Below, piece after piece: positions 11,337 through 23,452 of a DNA stretch of 41,984 nucleotides. The stretch spans positions 11,465,802 to 11,507,785 of the forward strand of contig NC_069006.1 in assembly GCF_001194135.2 (NCBI RefSeq). The letters run 5' to 3'. Numbering within the stretch: position 1 is the first letter of the stretch; every line of letters begins with the position of its first letter. The stretch is from Octopus bimaculoides. Its lineage: Eukaryota. A program made the translations under genes and the position numbers. A model generated the notes under the pieces. It ran no database searches. It was given only the letters and a program-made list of their open reading frames with translations, and was not told where the DNA came from.

Positions 11337-12299
11337 TATTAGAAAATATAGTCTTAGATACACCAAGCCTGAATAAAAGATGGGATGGTCATAGCTGTTA
11401 TATTTCAAATCATTTGTTTTTTTTTTTTATCAGGATTGACTAAACAAGAGTAGACATATTAGAGAAAGTAGTCCAAGATACACTATCTGAAAGATAAATA
11501 GGATAGTTACAGCTGTAATGTTTTTGATGATAAGCATACTTTATCAGGACTGACTAAAGAACAGCAAGGCAGGACATATTTGAAAATGTACTCCGAGATA
11601 CACTGTGTCAATAAGAAAAAGATAAGATGATCACATCTACAATGCATTTGATCACAAGTCAGCTGGATTGTGACTGACCTGGGGTTAAAAGACAAATAAC
11701 CATGGAAAGTTGAAACTCACAAGGCACATAAAACAAATAAGACTTTGTATTGATTATGTAATATTATATGTATATTATGTAATATTGACTGTGTAAAACG
11801 ACTGGAGAAATATCAAATAATGTTTATGATAAGTCCAGGATGCTAAATCTCACACACACGCATACATAAAAAACTAGCACACATATACATATAAGTGCAC
11901 AGGCTAAATAAACACATACAACAACACATTAACAGTCTTGTACCCAAATGCAATTAAAGATATCTAGCAAACACACATACATACACACAAACATCGAAAT
12001 GGACAGACTAAATAAACACTCGTTTATCTATTCCAACTAATTAATATTCTCTTTCTCACACCCACACATGAATATGAGAATGGGTACACACGCATATACA
12101 TACTTTCACACATGTAGCATGCAGAGACACTCACACATGGAAATTAGCACATAGGTGCAAAACAAGGTGGAGAAAATAGTAGTCTAACACCAAAAGTAGA
12201 GCAAGATATGATTTTATTAAAAGTGAAAAAAATTTAACAAACTGTTACTCAGTGCTTCATGTAATCGTTCATGTGACCACTGCGATAATACAGATTAAC

Positions 12300-12587
12300 A
12301 GAGAAATTTCTTCAACAAAACTCCTTGTGACACCAAAGATAAACTGAAGGCAAGGATTATGCCAGCATTCACCAACTTAAACAAGGAGACCATCCAGAAG
12401 AGTTGCAGAAGATTCTGAAGTCGTCTGGAGGCCGTGGTTGAAGCCAATGGTGATTTTATTGAATAAATTTACTCCTTAGTATTTCAAGATATTTTTTTGT
12501 AATTTCAGTAAATATATCTGTTAAAATGAGATGTCAGTGTTATTTTTATTTTTGCATAATTTAGACGACAATATATTCACCACACCC
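12300..12587 (+). mobile_element. 3' end of the same Tc1-like family
   Basis: Near-identical to 37450-37690 (caaaactccttg...gaagccaatgg...aatgagatgtcagtg); ends ...cacaccctg followed by TA. Confidence 0.8.
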
Positions 12588-12611
12588 TGTACATACATAT
12601 ATGTGTGTGTG

Positions 12612-12642
12612 TGTAGATAGATAGATAGATAGATAGACAAAC

Positions 12643-12691
<49 letters not shown>

Positions 12692-12810
12692 AACAGATTG
12701 ATAGACAAACAGATAGATAGGCAGACAAGCAGATAGACAGATTTACAGGCAGACATACAGAGATAAATAGATAGGCAGGCAGGTAGGCAGACAGATGGAT
12801 AGACAGATAC
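12612..12810. repeat. Compound (GATA)n/(GACA)n microsatellite
   Basis: Directly visible. Confidence 0.95.
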
Positions 12811-13199
12811 ACAAGCTAAATAAACATACACCCCAAAACATTAATTGTGCACATACACACGTAAAATTCAAGTACCCTCACCCGTAGTTGAGCACACATC
12901 CAGATACACAAGTTGAATAAGCACACATACACACACACTCATATGTTGGTTTCAAATTTTGGAACAAGACTAGCAATTTGGGGTGGGGGAGGATAGTTGA
13001 TTATATTGACCCCAATATTCAGCTGGTATTTATTTTCGCGACCCTGAAAGGATGAAAGGCAAAGTCAACCTAGGCGGGATTTGAACTCAGAACAGAAAGA
13101 CAAATGAAAATGCTGGTAAGCATTTTGCCTGGCATGCTAACAATTCTACCAGGTCATTGCCTTCATACATACACACTCACACATCAATATAGTTTTATT

Positions 13200-13592
13200 T
13201 TTAAGGCAGCGAGCTGGCAGAAACGTTAGCACGCCAAATTCTGAGTTCAAATTCCGCCGAGGTCGACTTTGACTTTCATCCTTTCGGGGTCGATAAATTA
13301 AGTACCAGTTATGCACTGGGGTCGATGTAATCAACTTAATCCCTTTGTCTGTCCCCTCTATGTTTAGCCCCTTGTGGGCAATAAAGAAAGAAGAAACGTT
13401 AGCACCCTGGGCAAAATGCTTAGTATTTCATCTGTCTTTATGTTCGGAGTTCAAATTCATCCGAGGTTGACTTTGCCTTTCATCCTTTCGGGGTTGATAA
13501 ATTAAGTACAAGTTGCATACTGGGGTCGATCTAATCAACTGGATCCCTCCCACCAAAATTTCAAGCCTTGTGCCTAGAGTAGAAAAGAATAT
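13200..13592 (+). mobile_element. CORE-type SINE family B, two head-to-tail copies (representative)
   Basis: gagctggcagaa.cgttagc...gagttcaaattccgccgaggtcgactttgcctttcatcctttcggggtcgataaattaagtacc with an (ATT)n tail. Other copies at about 4725-4935, 8680-8870(-), 9860-10320(-), 12945-13160(-), 19215-19340, 25185-25400, 27910-29070(-), 30090-30305(-) and 36195-36590(-). Confidence 0.75.
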
Positions 13593-13783
13593 TGTTTTAT
13601 TCTTTTACTTGTGTCAGTCATTTGACTGTGGCCATGCTGAAGCACCACCTTTAGTCGAGCAAACTGACCCCAGGATTTATTCTTTGTAAGTCTAGTACTT
13701 ATATACAACACATACGTCTCAATACACCAGCTAAGTAAGCACACACACACACACACTAACATTAACTTTCTTACACGAGAGAC

Positions 13784-13824
<41 letters not shown>

Positions 13825-14724
13825 TACATAAGTTATGTAGGAGACACAGACACCAATATATAAGAGTAAATAAACATATATATTCAGCACATCTCTTTCT
13901 CACACACACATATACACCCACTTACATATATCAGTGAACCAAAGAGCCAGTATCGAAGGAACCAGAAAGGAACCGTCAACAACAGGAAAACACAAGACCG
14001 TACGGATTGAAGTAAAATTTGGGAAGATACTTCTGTCAGTAAATTATGAAATTACTTATATCAGTAATTGTGAACTTGTTTCTGTCGGGTAATTTGTCGT
14101 TGATTGTTTGTAAATAGTGATTCAAAACTTAGACTTACAGTGAAAACAATAACATGGAAGTTAAACAATGGCGTATGAAAATTGAAAGTGAAAAGAATAG
14201 GGTCTGTAAAGTGAAAGTGAAAATAAGAAATATAGATAGAGAGATATATTACAGAGAGATAGAGATAGATAGAGAGAGATGGGTAGAGAGAAATGCATAA
14301 AGAGATATGTTACATCACTGACGCTAGAAAACTGGAAGTAAAAATACTAAAATTTTTGAAAGACGTGAATGTAATATAAAAAGCAAAATTTTTTATTTTT
14401 AAAAACTTTTAATAAAAAAATCAAATGAAGACCCTATATTCAAATTATTCATGCATCCCAAGTATGGCAGTAACTGGTGAAACCATTTTCGCATGGAAAG
14501 TGAATGCGACATATCTTTATTTTATATATTAGAATATATTAGATGCTCAGTGCATCTCTCTCTCTCTCCCTCTCTCACATACGTACCCCCCCCCACATAT
14601 ATTGACATCTGCTCACATATTTAAAAAGAAGTATATGTAAATGCTTGATACATCTCTCTCTCTTTCTCATACATATACACCTACACACATATACAAGAAC
14701 AAATATACATACATGCACAATACA

Positions 14725-14755
<31 letters not shown>

Positions 14756-14868
14756 TGAATTCAGACATAAACAGGAAGGACGTTACTGGAAGTTCTTGAG
14801 ATCTTCTTCACAACTTAGGAAATGACGATATAAAGGAATGGTCACCATCATTAAGTGGGCAGTAGACA

Positions 14869-14900
<32 letters not shown>

Positions 14901-15128
14901 GGAGAGAGACCCAGGTGTTATGTGACGATCATGTGACTGGCATGTCAACCATCACCACAATTAGCTGTCAACATATTTCTTCAACTTCCCAAATTTCAAC
15001 TACATGAATTCATGAATTCTTCATCAGTGATATTCTCATCATCATTACTACACTTCGTCATCGCAGGGCAGAATCAGACATCCCATAAATCGTAAATAGA
15101 TGAGACCATGCTAAAACTATATCATACA

Positions 15129-15246
15129 GCTTATGGCCACATCATGTTGAATGCAGCAGTTACCGTCTGTTCACTCAAGTCAAGCAATGTTGAACCTAGT
15201 TAGAATTTAGATGGGTGACTGTTTGGGAAACATTGATATTGTAAGT
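15129..15246 (+). pseudogene. Decayed 5S rRNA copy (pseudogene or 5S-derived SINE head)
   Basis: gcttatggccacatcatgttgaatgcagcagttaccgtctgttcactcaagtcaagcaatgttgaacctagttagaatttagatgggtgactgtttgggaaacattgatattgtaagt is colinear by eye with metazoan 5S over about 118 nt. Box A-like AGTCAAGCAATGTTG and box C-like TAGATGGGTGACTG are retained, with many C>T/G>A changes. Confidence 0.8.
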
Positions 15247-15519
15247 ATCACCTGGGGTACAGGTGTGGCTGTGTGGTTAAGAAGTTCACTTCCCAACTAC
15301 ATGGTCTTGGGTTCAGTTCTACTGCATAACACTTCGGGTAAGTGTCTTCTGCTATGGCCCTGGGCCAACCAAAGTTTTGTGAGTAAATTTGATAAATGGC
15401 AACTGAAAGTAACTTGTCATGAACATGAACGTTAAATGATGATGCAATGTGATACAGTATGTATGTATGTATATGCGAGTGTCTGTCTGTCTGTATGTAT
15501 GTATGTGTTTATGTATGTA

Positions 15520-16776
15520 TCAGGCCATTAAGAATGAAATGTCCAATTTTCTTATGCACCAAGTTTGACAGTAGTTAACTCTAATGTTTTATCCTGACAA
15601 TTCTTTGTTTTACAACACTGAAGAGTTAAATTATCACTTTTTGAAATGCAGTTCATGGTGTCTGATTATATTGTGAGTTTTCTCTTGTAAATCAATTTTT
15701 CTGAACCCATGGATAGATCAAAGATTCGTGTTGTTTATGAGTATGAGTTCCGTCGTGGAACCAATGCGTCCCCGACAGATCGAAACCACAATGAGGTGTT
15801 TGATGAAGATGTGGCGAATGAGCGCACTGTATGTTGATGGTTTGAGAAGTTCTGGTCTGGTAACTTTATTCTTGAAAATCAGCTCCGTGGTAGACCTGAA
15901 GCAAGGTGGATAATGATGAGTGGAAACTGTAGTGGAAGCAGATACATCTCAAACTACGCGTGAGTTAGCAGCAAGGTTTCATGTTTCGATTTCAACTGTA
16001 TTGGACCATCTGAAACAAATCGGCAAGGTAAAGAAGCTGGACAAGTGGGTACCGCATGAACTGAACAAGCATCAAATGTCACGACGTTTTGAAACTTGCT
16101 GTTCTTTGCTGTCATGGCATAAAAACAAACCATTTTTGTAATGTATTGTTACATGTGATGAAAAATGGATTCTTTTCAACAACATTCTGGATGGTGGTTG
16201 GATAGAGATGAAGTGCCAAAACACAATCAGAAAAAGAATATTCACTGAAAAAGCTAATGGTGTCTGTCTGGTGGTCCAGCACTGGTGTCATCCACAACAG
16301 CTTCATGAAACCTGGTAAGTCAATTACAGCAGATGTTACACATCAACCAATTGGATGAAATGATGAGTGAATTTGCAATTAAACAACCGAGATTGGTCAA
16401 TAGAGACAGGCCAATTCTCTTGCAAGACAATGCTCGACCACATGTTGCACAAATAATGCTACTCAAGTTACAGGAACTGATCTTGGAAGTACTCTGTCAT
16501 CCACCATATTCACCAGACCTTGCACCAACTGACTATCATGTTTTCCAGGCATTTGATAACTTTTTGCAAGGAAAAACAGTTCAAACCTGAAGAGTAAGCA
16601 AAAACAGCCTTTTGTGATTTCATCACCTCTTGCCCTCCAGAATTCTTTGCTGTTGATATAAATAAGCAACTGGTAAAATGGCAAAATTGTGTTGATAATT
16701 TAGGTGCATACTTTGATTAACTGCATTGCTCTTTGTTTTCAGTACAAAATTGGACATTTCATTCTTAATGACCTGA
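15520..16776 (+). mobile_element. Near full-length mariner transposon (DD34D), inactive
   Basis: 31-bp TIRs (TCAGGCCATTAAGAATGAAATGTCCAATTTT; right copy differs by one base). TA on the left; the right flank reads TG into a (TG)n tract. About 1.26 kb. Confidence 0.93.
15709..16720 (+). pseudogene. Mariner transposase pseudogene
   Basis: Starts MDRSKIRVVYEYEFRRG. Motifs WVPHEL, TCDEKW, QDNARPH and YSPDLAPTDY are present, with 34 residues between the second and third D. In-frame stops and frameshifts split it into ORFs 15920..16141 and 16333..16590. Confidence 0.92.
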
Positions 16777-16778
16777 TG

Positions 16779-16819
<41 letters not shown>

Positions 16820-17668
16820 GAGTGTCTATGTTTGTGTCTCCTTGCAAGGTAGTTGTAAATGATTGCCATTGTCATACAAGCAGTGTTCATTCATTTCCAA
16901 TATTCTATGGGAAAATATTACCTTGCTTGGAAACTGGTGAGGTTTAGCAACAGGGAAGGCATCAGATTGTATAAAATCGGCCCCAATAAACTCCTTTCAT
17001 CCTTTTAAGGTCAATAAAACAACTACCAATTAACCACTGGGGGTAGGAAGGGGGGTGTAATCAATTAAAACCCATCCTCCCAAAATTGCTGGCCTTGTGC
17101 CAAAATTAGAAAGAATTATTAAAGGCACAGACATGGCCGTGAGGTTAAGAAGTTCGCTTTGCAACCACATGGTTTCAGGCACTATTCTGCTGCACAACAC
17201 CTCCAGTAAGTATCATCTACTATATTCGTAGAATGTCCAATGCCCTGCGAGTAAATTCAGTAGAAGGAAACTGTGTGAAGCCCATCATATACATGTGCAT
17301 ACATACATATATATAAAAAATGGGGAAGGCCAGTTTATGGGATTACCTTAGGTTTCCCATCTGTAAAGGGTTTAGCTTTATGGCGTATCATCAGATCCCA
17401 AAACCTGTTGGCCCAAGACCTCTTAAAAATATGGAAGAGGAGATGCCTCATATATGATGGCTTTAGGAAAGGCATCCATCCATAGAAACCATGCCAAAAC
17501 AGACAATGGAGCTTGATGCAGCTCCTGTCAAACCCATGCCAGCAAGGAAAATGGATGTTAAACGATGATAATGAAATCTCTCTCTCTCTATATATATATA
17601 TAAGCAATAATAAATCTCTGAGCGAGATATAAACAGCAGCAGTACAACATTGTGATGTATATTTGTCA

Positions 17669-17950
17669 CCTAAAAGTGGCTGACCCATTAGGGATGATGC
17701 TACTGTAGCTTATAGCCCCAGGAAGACAGCTCCTCAAGCCGGCTATTGACACACTGTCTGTGCCCTGATGACGGATCAATATCCAGAAACTCAGGTCCGT
17801 GTGTATCACGTCAGGCTGGAGATGGGAAGATGATTTCTCTTTGCAAATGCTGATAGGGCACAGACAGTGTCAATAGCCAGCTGAAGGAGATGTCTTCCTG
17901 GGGCTATAAGCTACAGTAGCATCATCCCTAATGGGTCAGCCACTTTTAGG
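17669..17950. mobile_element. Penelope-like element remnant: inverted arms around a hammerhead-like core
   Basis: Arms 17669-17766 and 17855-17950 are about 96 bp reverse complements; CTGATGA...GAAAC....GTC at 17765-17797. Confidence 0.5.
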
Positions 17951-18229
17951 CAGCATATATATATAATGATATATATGTATGTATCATCATCGTTTAACGT
18001 CCGCTTTCCATGCTAGCATGTGTTGGACGATTTGACTGAGGACTGGTGAAACCGGATGGCAACACTAGGCTCCAATCTGATTTGGCAGAGTTTCTACAGC
18101 TGGATGCCCTTCCTAATGTCAACCACTCAGAGAGTGTAGTGGGTACTTTTACGTGTCACCTGCAATATATATATATATATGTATANNNNNNNNNNAGAGT
18201 GTAGTGGGTACTTTTACGTGTCACCTGCA

Positions 18230-18278
<49 letters not shown>

Positions 18279-19339
18279 TGTGTGTGCATGTCTTTTTGTA
18301 CTTGACCCCTACTGGTTGGTTTGTTTGCATGCCTGTAACTTAGCAGTTTGGCAGAAGAGATGAATGGAATAAGTATCAGACTTTAAAATAAGTACTGAAG
18401 TCAATTTGCATGACTAAACCCTTCAAAGTTGTGCCTCAGTCTAATGACCGAAGCAAGTAAAAGATAACCCGTATGATCATTACTTTGTTGATTGAGGTGA
18501 GATAACAAATCTTCTGGTACTTGGGTATATATATCTTCGTGGAAGTCTGTGTCATTGAGTGGACTATCAGTCAGATTCATTAGTTGATGTAACCTTAGAG
18601 TCTTCAATTACCTTTTAATGACCAATTAGTTTAATTCTGCAAATACACACACATATTAAAACAAGAGATCTTTTCTTTTGATATGTAATTACTCTGAAAA
18701 AAACTATTTTCCAGTATTTTTCAACCCTTATGTTTACTTCATATAACATCTATATACAATTTTCGAGTACTTGAATATGCAGATCTGCTTCAAGAGGCAA
18801 CAGCTAGGATTATAACACTATCTACTTACTGTCTTTCTTTCTCTTTATATATAAAAAAATTACCAATGACAAACGAATAAACAATTATGTTATGAACTTC
18901 GTTAGCTTACAGCCATTTCTGCTATAAGATGTAATGAATTCATAATTAAACGCTTGTGTATCACCTTATAGCTTCATTGGAGCTTTATGTTTCTTGTTAC
19001 TGTTCTGATGCTTCATTCTGAAGTGCGTCTATATTGAGTTCTAACGCTAGGTTATTAGTATTGCTCAGCCTAAGAGAAATGTCTATATATATTTATATCT
19101 ATATCTATCAATGCTGTACTTGGGGATGGTCATTTTCTTTTGGCCAATTAAACACATGCACTGTTTATTTGATCTTCACTTTAGTTTTTATTTGTATTAT
19201 TTTCAGTTTGTACAAGGCAACGAGCTGGCAGAATCGTTAGCACACTGGATGAAATGTTTCAGAGTATTTCACCTGTTGCTATGTTCTGAGTTCAAGTTCC
19301 ACCAAGGTTGACTTCACCTTTCATCCTTTCGGAGTTGAT

Positions 19340-19672
19340 GGCCGCTGCCAGTACCGCCTGACTGGCCGTCGTAGGATTTTCGAGCGAGATTGTTGCCAGT
19401 GCCCCTGGACTCGCTCTTGGGCAGGTGGCACATAAAATACACCATTTTGAGTGTGGCCGTTGCCAGTACCGCCTGACTGGCCTTCGTGCGGGTGACACGT
19501 AAAAGCACCCACTACACTCTCTGAGTGGTTGGCGTTAGGAAGGGCATCCAACTGTAGAAACTCTGCCAAATCAGATTGGAGCCTGGTGTAGCCATCTGGT
19601 TTCACCAGTCCTCAGTCAAATCGTCCAACCCATGCTAGCATGGAAAGCAGACGTTAAACGATGATGATGATG
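19340..19672 (+). mobile_element. (GAT)n-tailed RTE-related SINE / truncated LINE family C (young copy, representative)
   Basis: gagtggttggcgttaggaagggcatcc...ccatgctagcatggaaagc.gacgttaaacgatgatgat. Near-identical copies at about 1945-2290(-), 17985-18165(-) and 34915-35210(-); older copies at 21355-21480(-), 23510-23815, 30950-31140(-) and 31420-31630. Confidence 0.75.
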
Positions 19673-19819
19673 TGTGTGTTAATCAACAAACTCACAAATT
19701 AGATGCAGCATAATCTTGTCAGCGACCAAGTTGTAGTTTGTGTGATGGAAATTTTGACACCAAATAACAAATGTTGAATGTTTAAGTGAAGTAAACAGTC
19801 TATGTGTATTTTTGAAGAG

Positions 19820-20318
19820 CTAAAAATGTCTTCCATATTGCAGATGTTTATTGATATGCATACAATCCTAAAAGGTTAAATAAAATTCAGGAAAATAAAT
19901 TGTTGTAGAAACGATGATTTATTGTCATTTAGAATTATTTAATGTTCTCTCTCATTCCTGCGTGTTTGCAAATGTTCAAACTACTTTCCTTCATTTTCCA
20001 AACAAAGTTGATAATGTCCAACAATGGATTCGACAACATTGCCAAACATTTCATTTGGAATTGCAAGACATTGTATTTTGCATTTTTCAAATCATCAATT
20101 GTCACTGGTTTTGCAGCGTAAACCTTATCTTTGAGATGTCCCCATAAAAAAAAATCCATTGACATGAGGTCTGGGGAATGTGCAGGAAATTCAATGCTAC
20201 CTCTCTTCCCAATCCATTAGTTTGGATTTGTTGCATCGAGGTAAGCCCATACATCACAAAAAACAATACATTAGTAATCGTCTGTCAAAGAATGAGTACA
20301 TCTTTTTGGGGACACCCT
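19820..20318 (-). mobile_element. Tc1/mariner-superfamily fragment
   Basis: MDFFLWGHLKDKVYAAKPVTIDDLK (ORF 19935..20165) fits the DL.P.DFFLWG.LK motif. Terminus CAGGGTGTCCCCAAAAAGATGTACTC at about 20318 next to TA. Confidence 0.75.
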
Positions 20319-20344
20319 GTATATATACTTTATTGAAATTCCCT

Positions 20345-20816
20345 TAACCATAATCCCATGGATTACTATGCATGGGGTGCAGTTGAGAATGACACCAACC
20401 ATTTTGCCTGCAACACCAATGCTGAACTGGTGGCCAAAATCAAGGAGGTATTCAAAGATCTTCCCAGGAACAAAGTAAGGGACACATGTGCCAGGTTCTG
20501 GAGCCATCTTGAGCCTGTGCTGGAAGCTGAGGGTGGCTCATCTTCATCATCATTTAATGTTCATTTTTCATGCCACACTTGGCTCACTTGTTTTTTGGCA
20601 TGCCCTCCTAACACCAACCACTTTACAGTGTGTAATGGGTGCTGTTTACATGGCACCATCACCAGTGCTTTGTATGTTGCACCAATACTGGCGCTTTGTA
20701 TGTGACACAAGCACTGATGCTTTTTACAGAGATTTTTAAAAAATACTTTTATTTTTGGATGAGATATTTTTCTTTTCTTTTTGTGCAAACTATAAAATTT
20801 AATCCAAACACCCTGT
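20345..20816 (+). mobile_element. Tc1-like 3' fragment interrupted by a SINE/LINE-tail insertion (about 20530-20720)
   Basis: NPMDYYAWGAVE...CNTNAELVAKIKEVF...ARFWSHLEPVLEAEGG; ends ...aacaccctg followed by TA. Confidence 0.72.
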
Positions 20817-20986
20817 ATATTCCATACTGGCATGGATTAAATGGTTTAGCAGGATGCGACTAGAGTCCTGAAGGAAGTGTTGGGCTTTAATGTCTGCAGT
20901 GGCAAAGTTTCTACTGCTAGATACACAAGCACATATAATAATCTACCACAATATACGTGTGTATATACTGTATACCAATATGTATG

Positions 20987-21045
<59 letters not shown>

Positions 21046-22323
21046 TTTGTGATTATATATGTGTTTATTTTAAAGGTTACATTCAACTTGCAAGCTGTTA
21101 CATCTAGGAGACAGCATGACTGTCTTTCTCTCTAAACATATTCATTGAAGGACTTCAGCCATGTAGTGACATCAGCTTTGAGGGTGTCAATCAATCACAT
21201 CTGACCTCTTTACTTATTTCAGTCCGATATTTATTTTATTCGTCTCAACTTGTCAAATCACTAATGTTACAGGTTATAAAAGGGACACAGTACAAACAAC
21301 TCTGATTTTTAGACTGACATATACATAAAGACAAACTGTGTATGCGTGATTGTCATCATTTAATGTCTCTCTTCCATGCTGGCATGAGTTGGATGGCTTT
21401 ACAGAAGTCAGGCAGGCCAGAGAGCTGTACCAGGCTCCACTGTCTGCTTTGGCATGATTTCTACGGTAGATGGACAATTCAACAGACAGTTGGCCGACAG
21501 GACAATTCTGTGTCATAGTGCAGAGTCCTGTTGCCAGACATAGGGTGTTCCAGCAGCCACCCTTTTGACCCAGAGCAGAACAACCTCCTCCAGGCACTTG
21601 ATGTAGGCCCCTGTGTTGAATCTGAGGCTGTGTAGGAATTGTCTACACTTGAGTTTCTACAGTTGGATGCCTTTCCTAATGCTGACCAGTTTACAGTGTA
21701 CTGAGTGCTTTTTATGTGGCACCAACACCAGTGGGATTGTCAAGCAACTTGCAAGATGAAGGTTCCTTTACTGGGAGAGAGAGTGAAACTGAGGGAGGTG
21801 GCTCTGTGCCAGCCAAAAGGTTAAAGTATCATAGAAGGATAGAAACAGGTGTCACTTGGACACCCCAAGTACCTCCTCTATATACTGGCAAACTGGTGAT
21901 GAACGGCAAATTCAAGGAGAAAAAAGTCAAATGGATGTACACAGAGAATATATTAGTTTGATACTCGGTGAAAGTTTTAAATGGAAAATTAAAAGTAAAA
22001 ACATGACATTTTGAGCTTGGCTCTATGTCAGATAGTGGATGTAAGTCTGGAGAAGAGGAAGGAATGGATAGTCAGGAGTAAAGCATGTGGGTAGCTACAT
22101 GGCCAAAAAATAACTGACTGGAATTTGGAGAGAGAAAGACAAGGTGATTCTTGAAGGCAGGAAAGTGCATAATTGGTGTGTATGAGCATGTGTGTGTGTG
22201 GTATTTGTGTGTGTATATGTATGTGTGTGTGTGTATATATATGTTTTTTGTGTGTGTACATACATACATATACACAAATATATCCACACAACCACACAAC
22301 ATAAGTATACATACGTAAATTTA

Positions 22324-22556
22324 CAGGGTTGGCCAAAAGTCACTGGACAGTAAATCAAAATTTCATAAATGCTATCTGTAATCCTGTATTGACTCAAATA
22401 GAAAAATGTGTCGCTCAAGAGGGACTTCAGTTTGAAAAATTTTCATGATGTTTCACATTTAGATGTTTTTATTAAATTCATTCAGTTGTTAAACATAAAT
22501 AAATCTTGGAATTAAATGGGTTTGATTTACTGTCAGGTGACTTTTGGCCACACCTG
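22324..22556. mobile_element. Tc1/mariner-type MITE (233 bp)
   Basis: TIRs cagggttggccaaaagtcactggacagtaaa / tttactgtcaggtgacttttggccacacctg, TA flanks. Confidence 0.85.
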
Positions 22557-22734
22557 TAAATATATACAAACACGTACACACACACATATATAAAAACATA
22601 CATACATTCATATATATAAGTTCACTATCCAGTCATGTATTCCAGGTTCAGTCTCACTTTGGAGCACCTTGGGCAGTTGTCTTTCACAATAGTTCCAAGT
22701 TGACCAAAGCCTTTCGAGTGGAATCAATATGTAC

Positions 22735-22782
<48 letters not shown>

Positions 22783-23419
22783 ATTTGCATGTCTGCCCAA
22801 ACCACTGAGCTACAAGTGGTAGAAGCATCATTGTCATTAATCCCCAGTCAACAAACTCTCTACCATTTTGTGCCTTTGAAGAGGTGTGAAAGAAGAGATC
22901 TCTCAGACGAAAAAGAGGTAAGGGTTAATGGCAGAAAGAGTACCCAGCTGTATAACACTGTCTCAATGATATATTCATCTAACCTCTGCTTGCATAACAA
23001 AAACAGATGTAAAACAAACAAATGAATAGTGCAGTGAGGACTAAGATATGTTGTGGGTCTCTCATCGAAATTTAGCCTTTTCTCTTTGTTTGAGATGAAT
23101 TCTTTTGGCAGCTTTGAGTTGGAATGAGAAGATTGGACGCAATTAATAGAACACTGAAGATTTTGGCATTGCTGACTGGACATTCAGCCTGTTTTGGTGA
23201 TGGTATTTATTGGTGCTGGAGGCAAACACACACACACGCACAGAAATATTCCTATACAAACAGAAAGAGTGAGAGATAGAGAGATATTGCAATGTATTAA
23301 TTGAACACAATTTACATAAGCACTTTCTTTATCCTATTACACATAAACAAAAATATGCTCACATACATAAAGAGAGAGAGAGAGATAGAGGAAAGAGAGA
23401 GAGAGGAAAGAGAGAGGGA

Positions 23420-23452
<33 letters not shown>

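Noticed and set aside
11540-11678. Exon-like segment (ccccag|G...AAA|gtatgc; SVTIQLTCDQMHCRCDHLIFF...) phase-compatible with exon 4177-4288
   Set aside because: It is the antisense of a SINE tail unit; the acceptor comes from the repeat's ctgacctgggg.taaa end. Not listed as CDS.
18130-18251. Apparent direct duplication of about 56 nt
   Set aside because: Identical sequence on both sides of a 10-N spacer ending in (TA)n, typical of an unmerged contig overlap.
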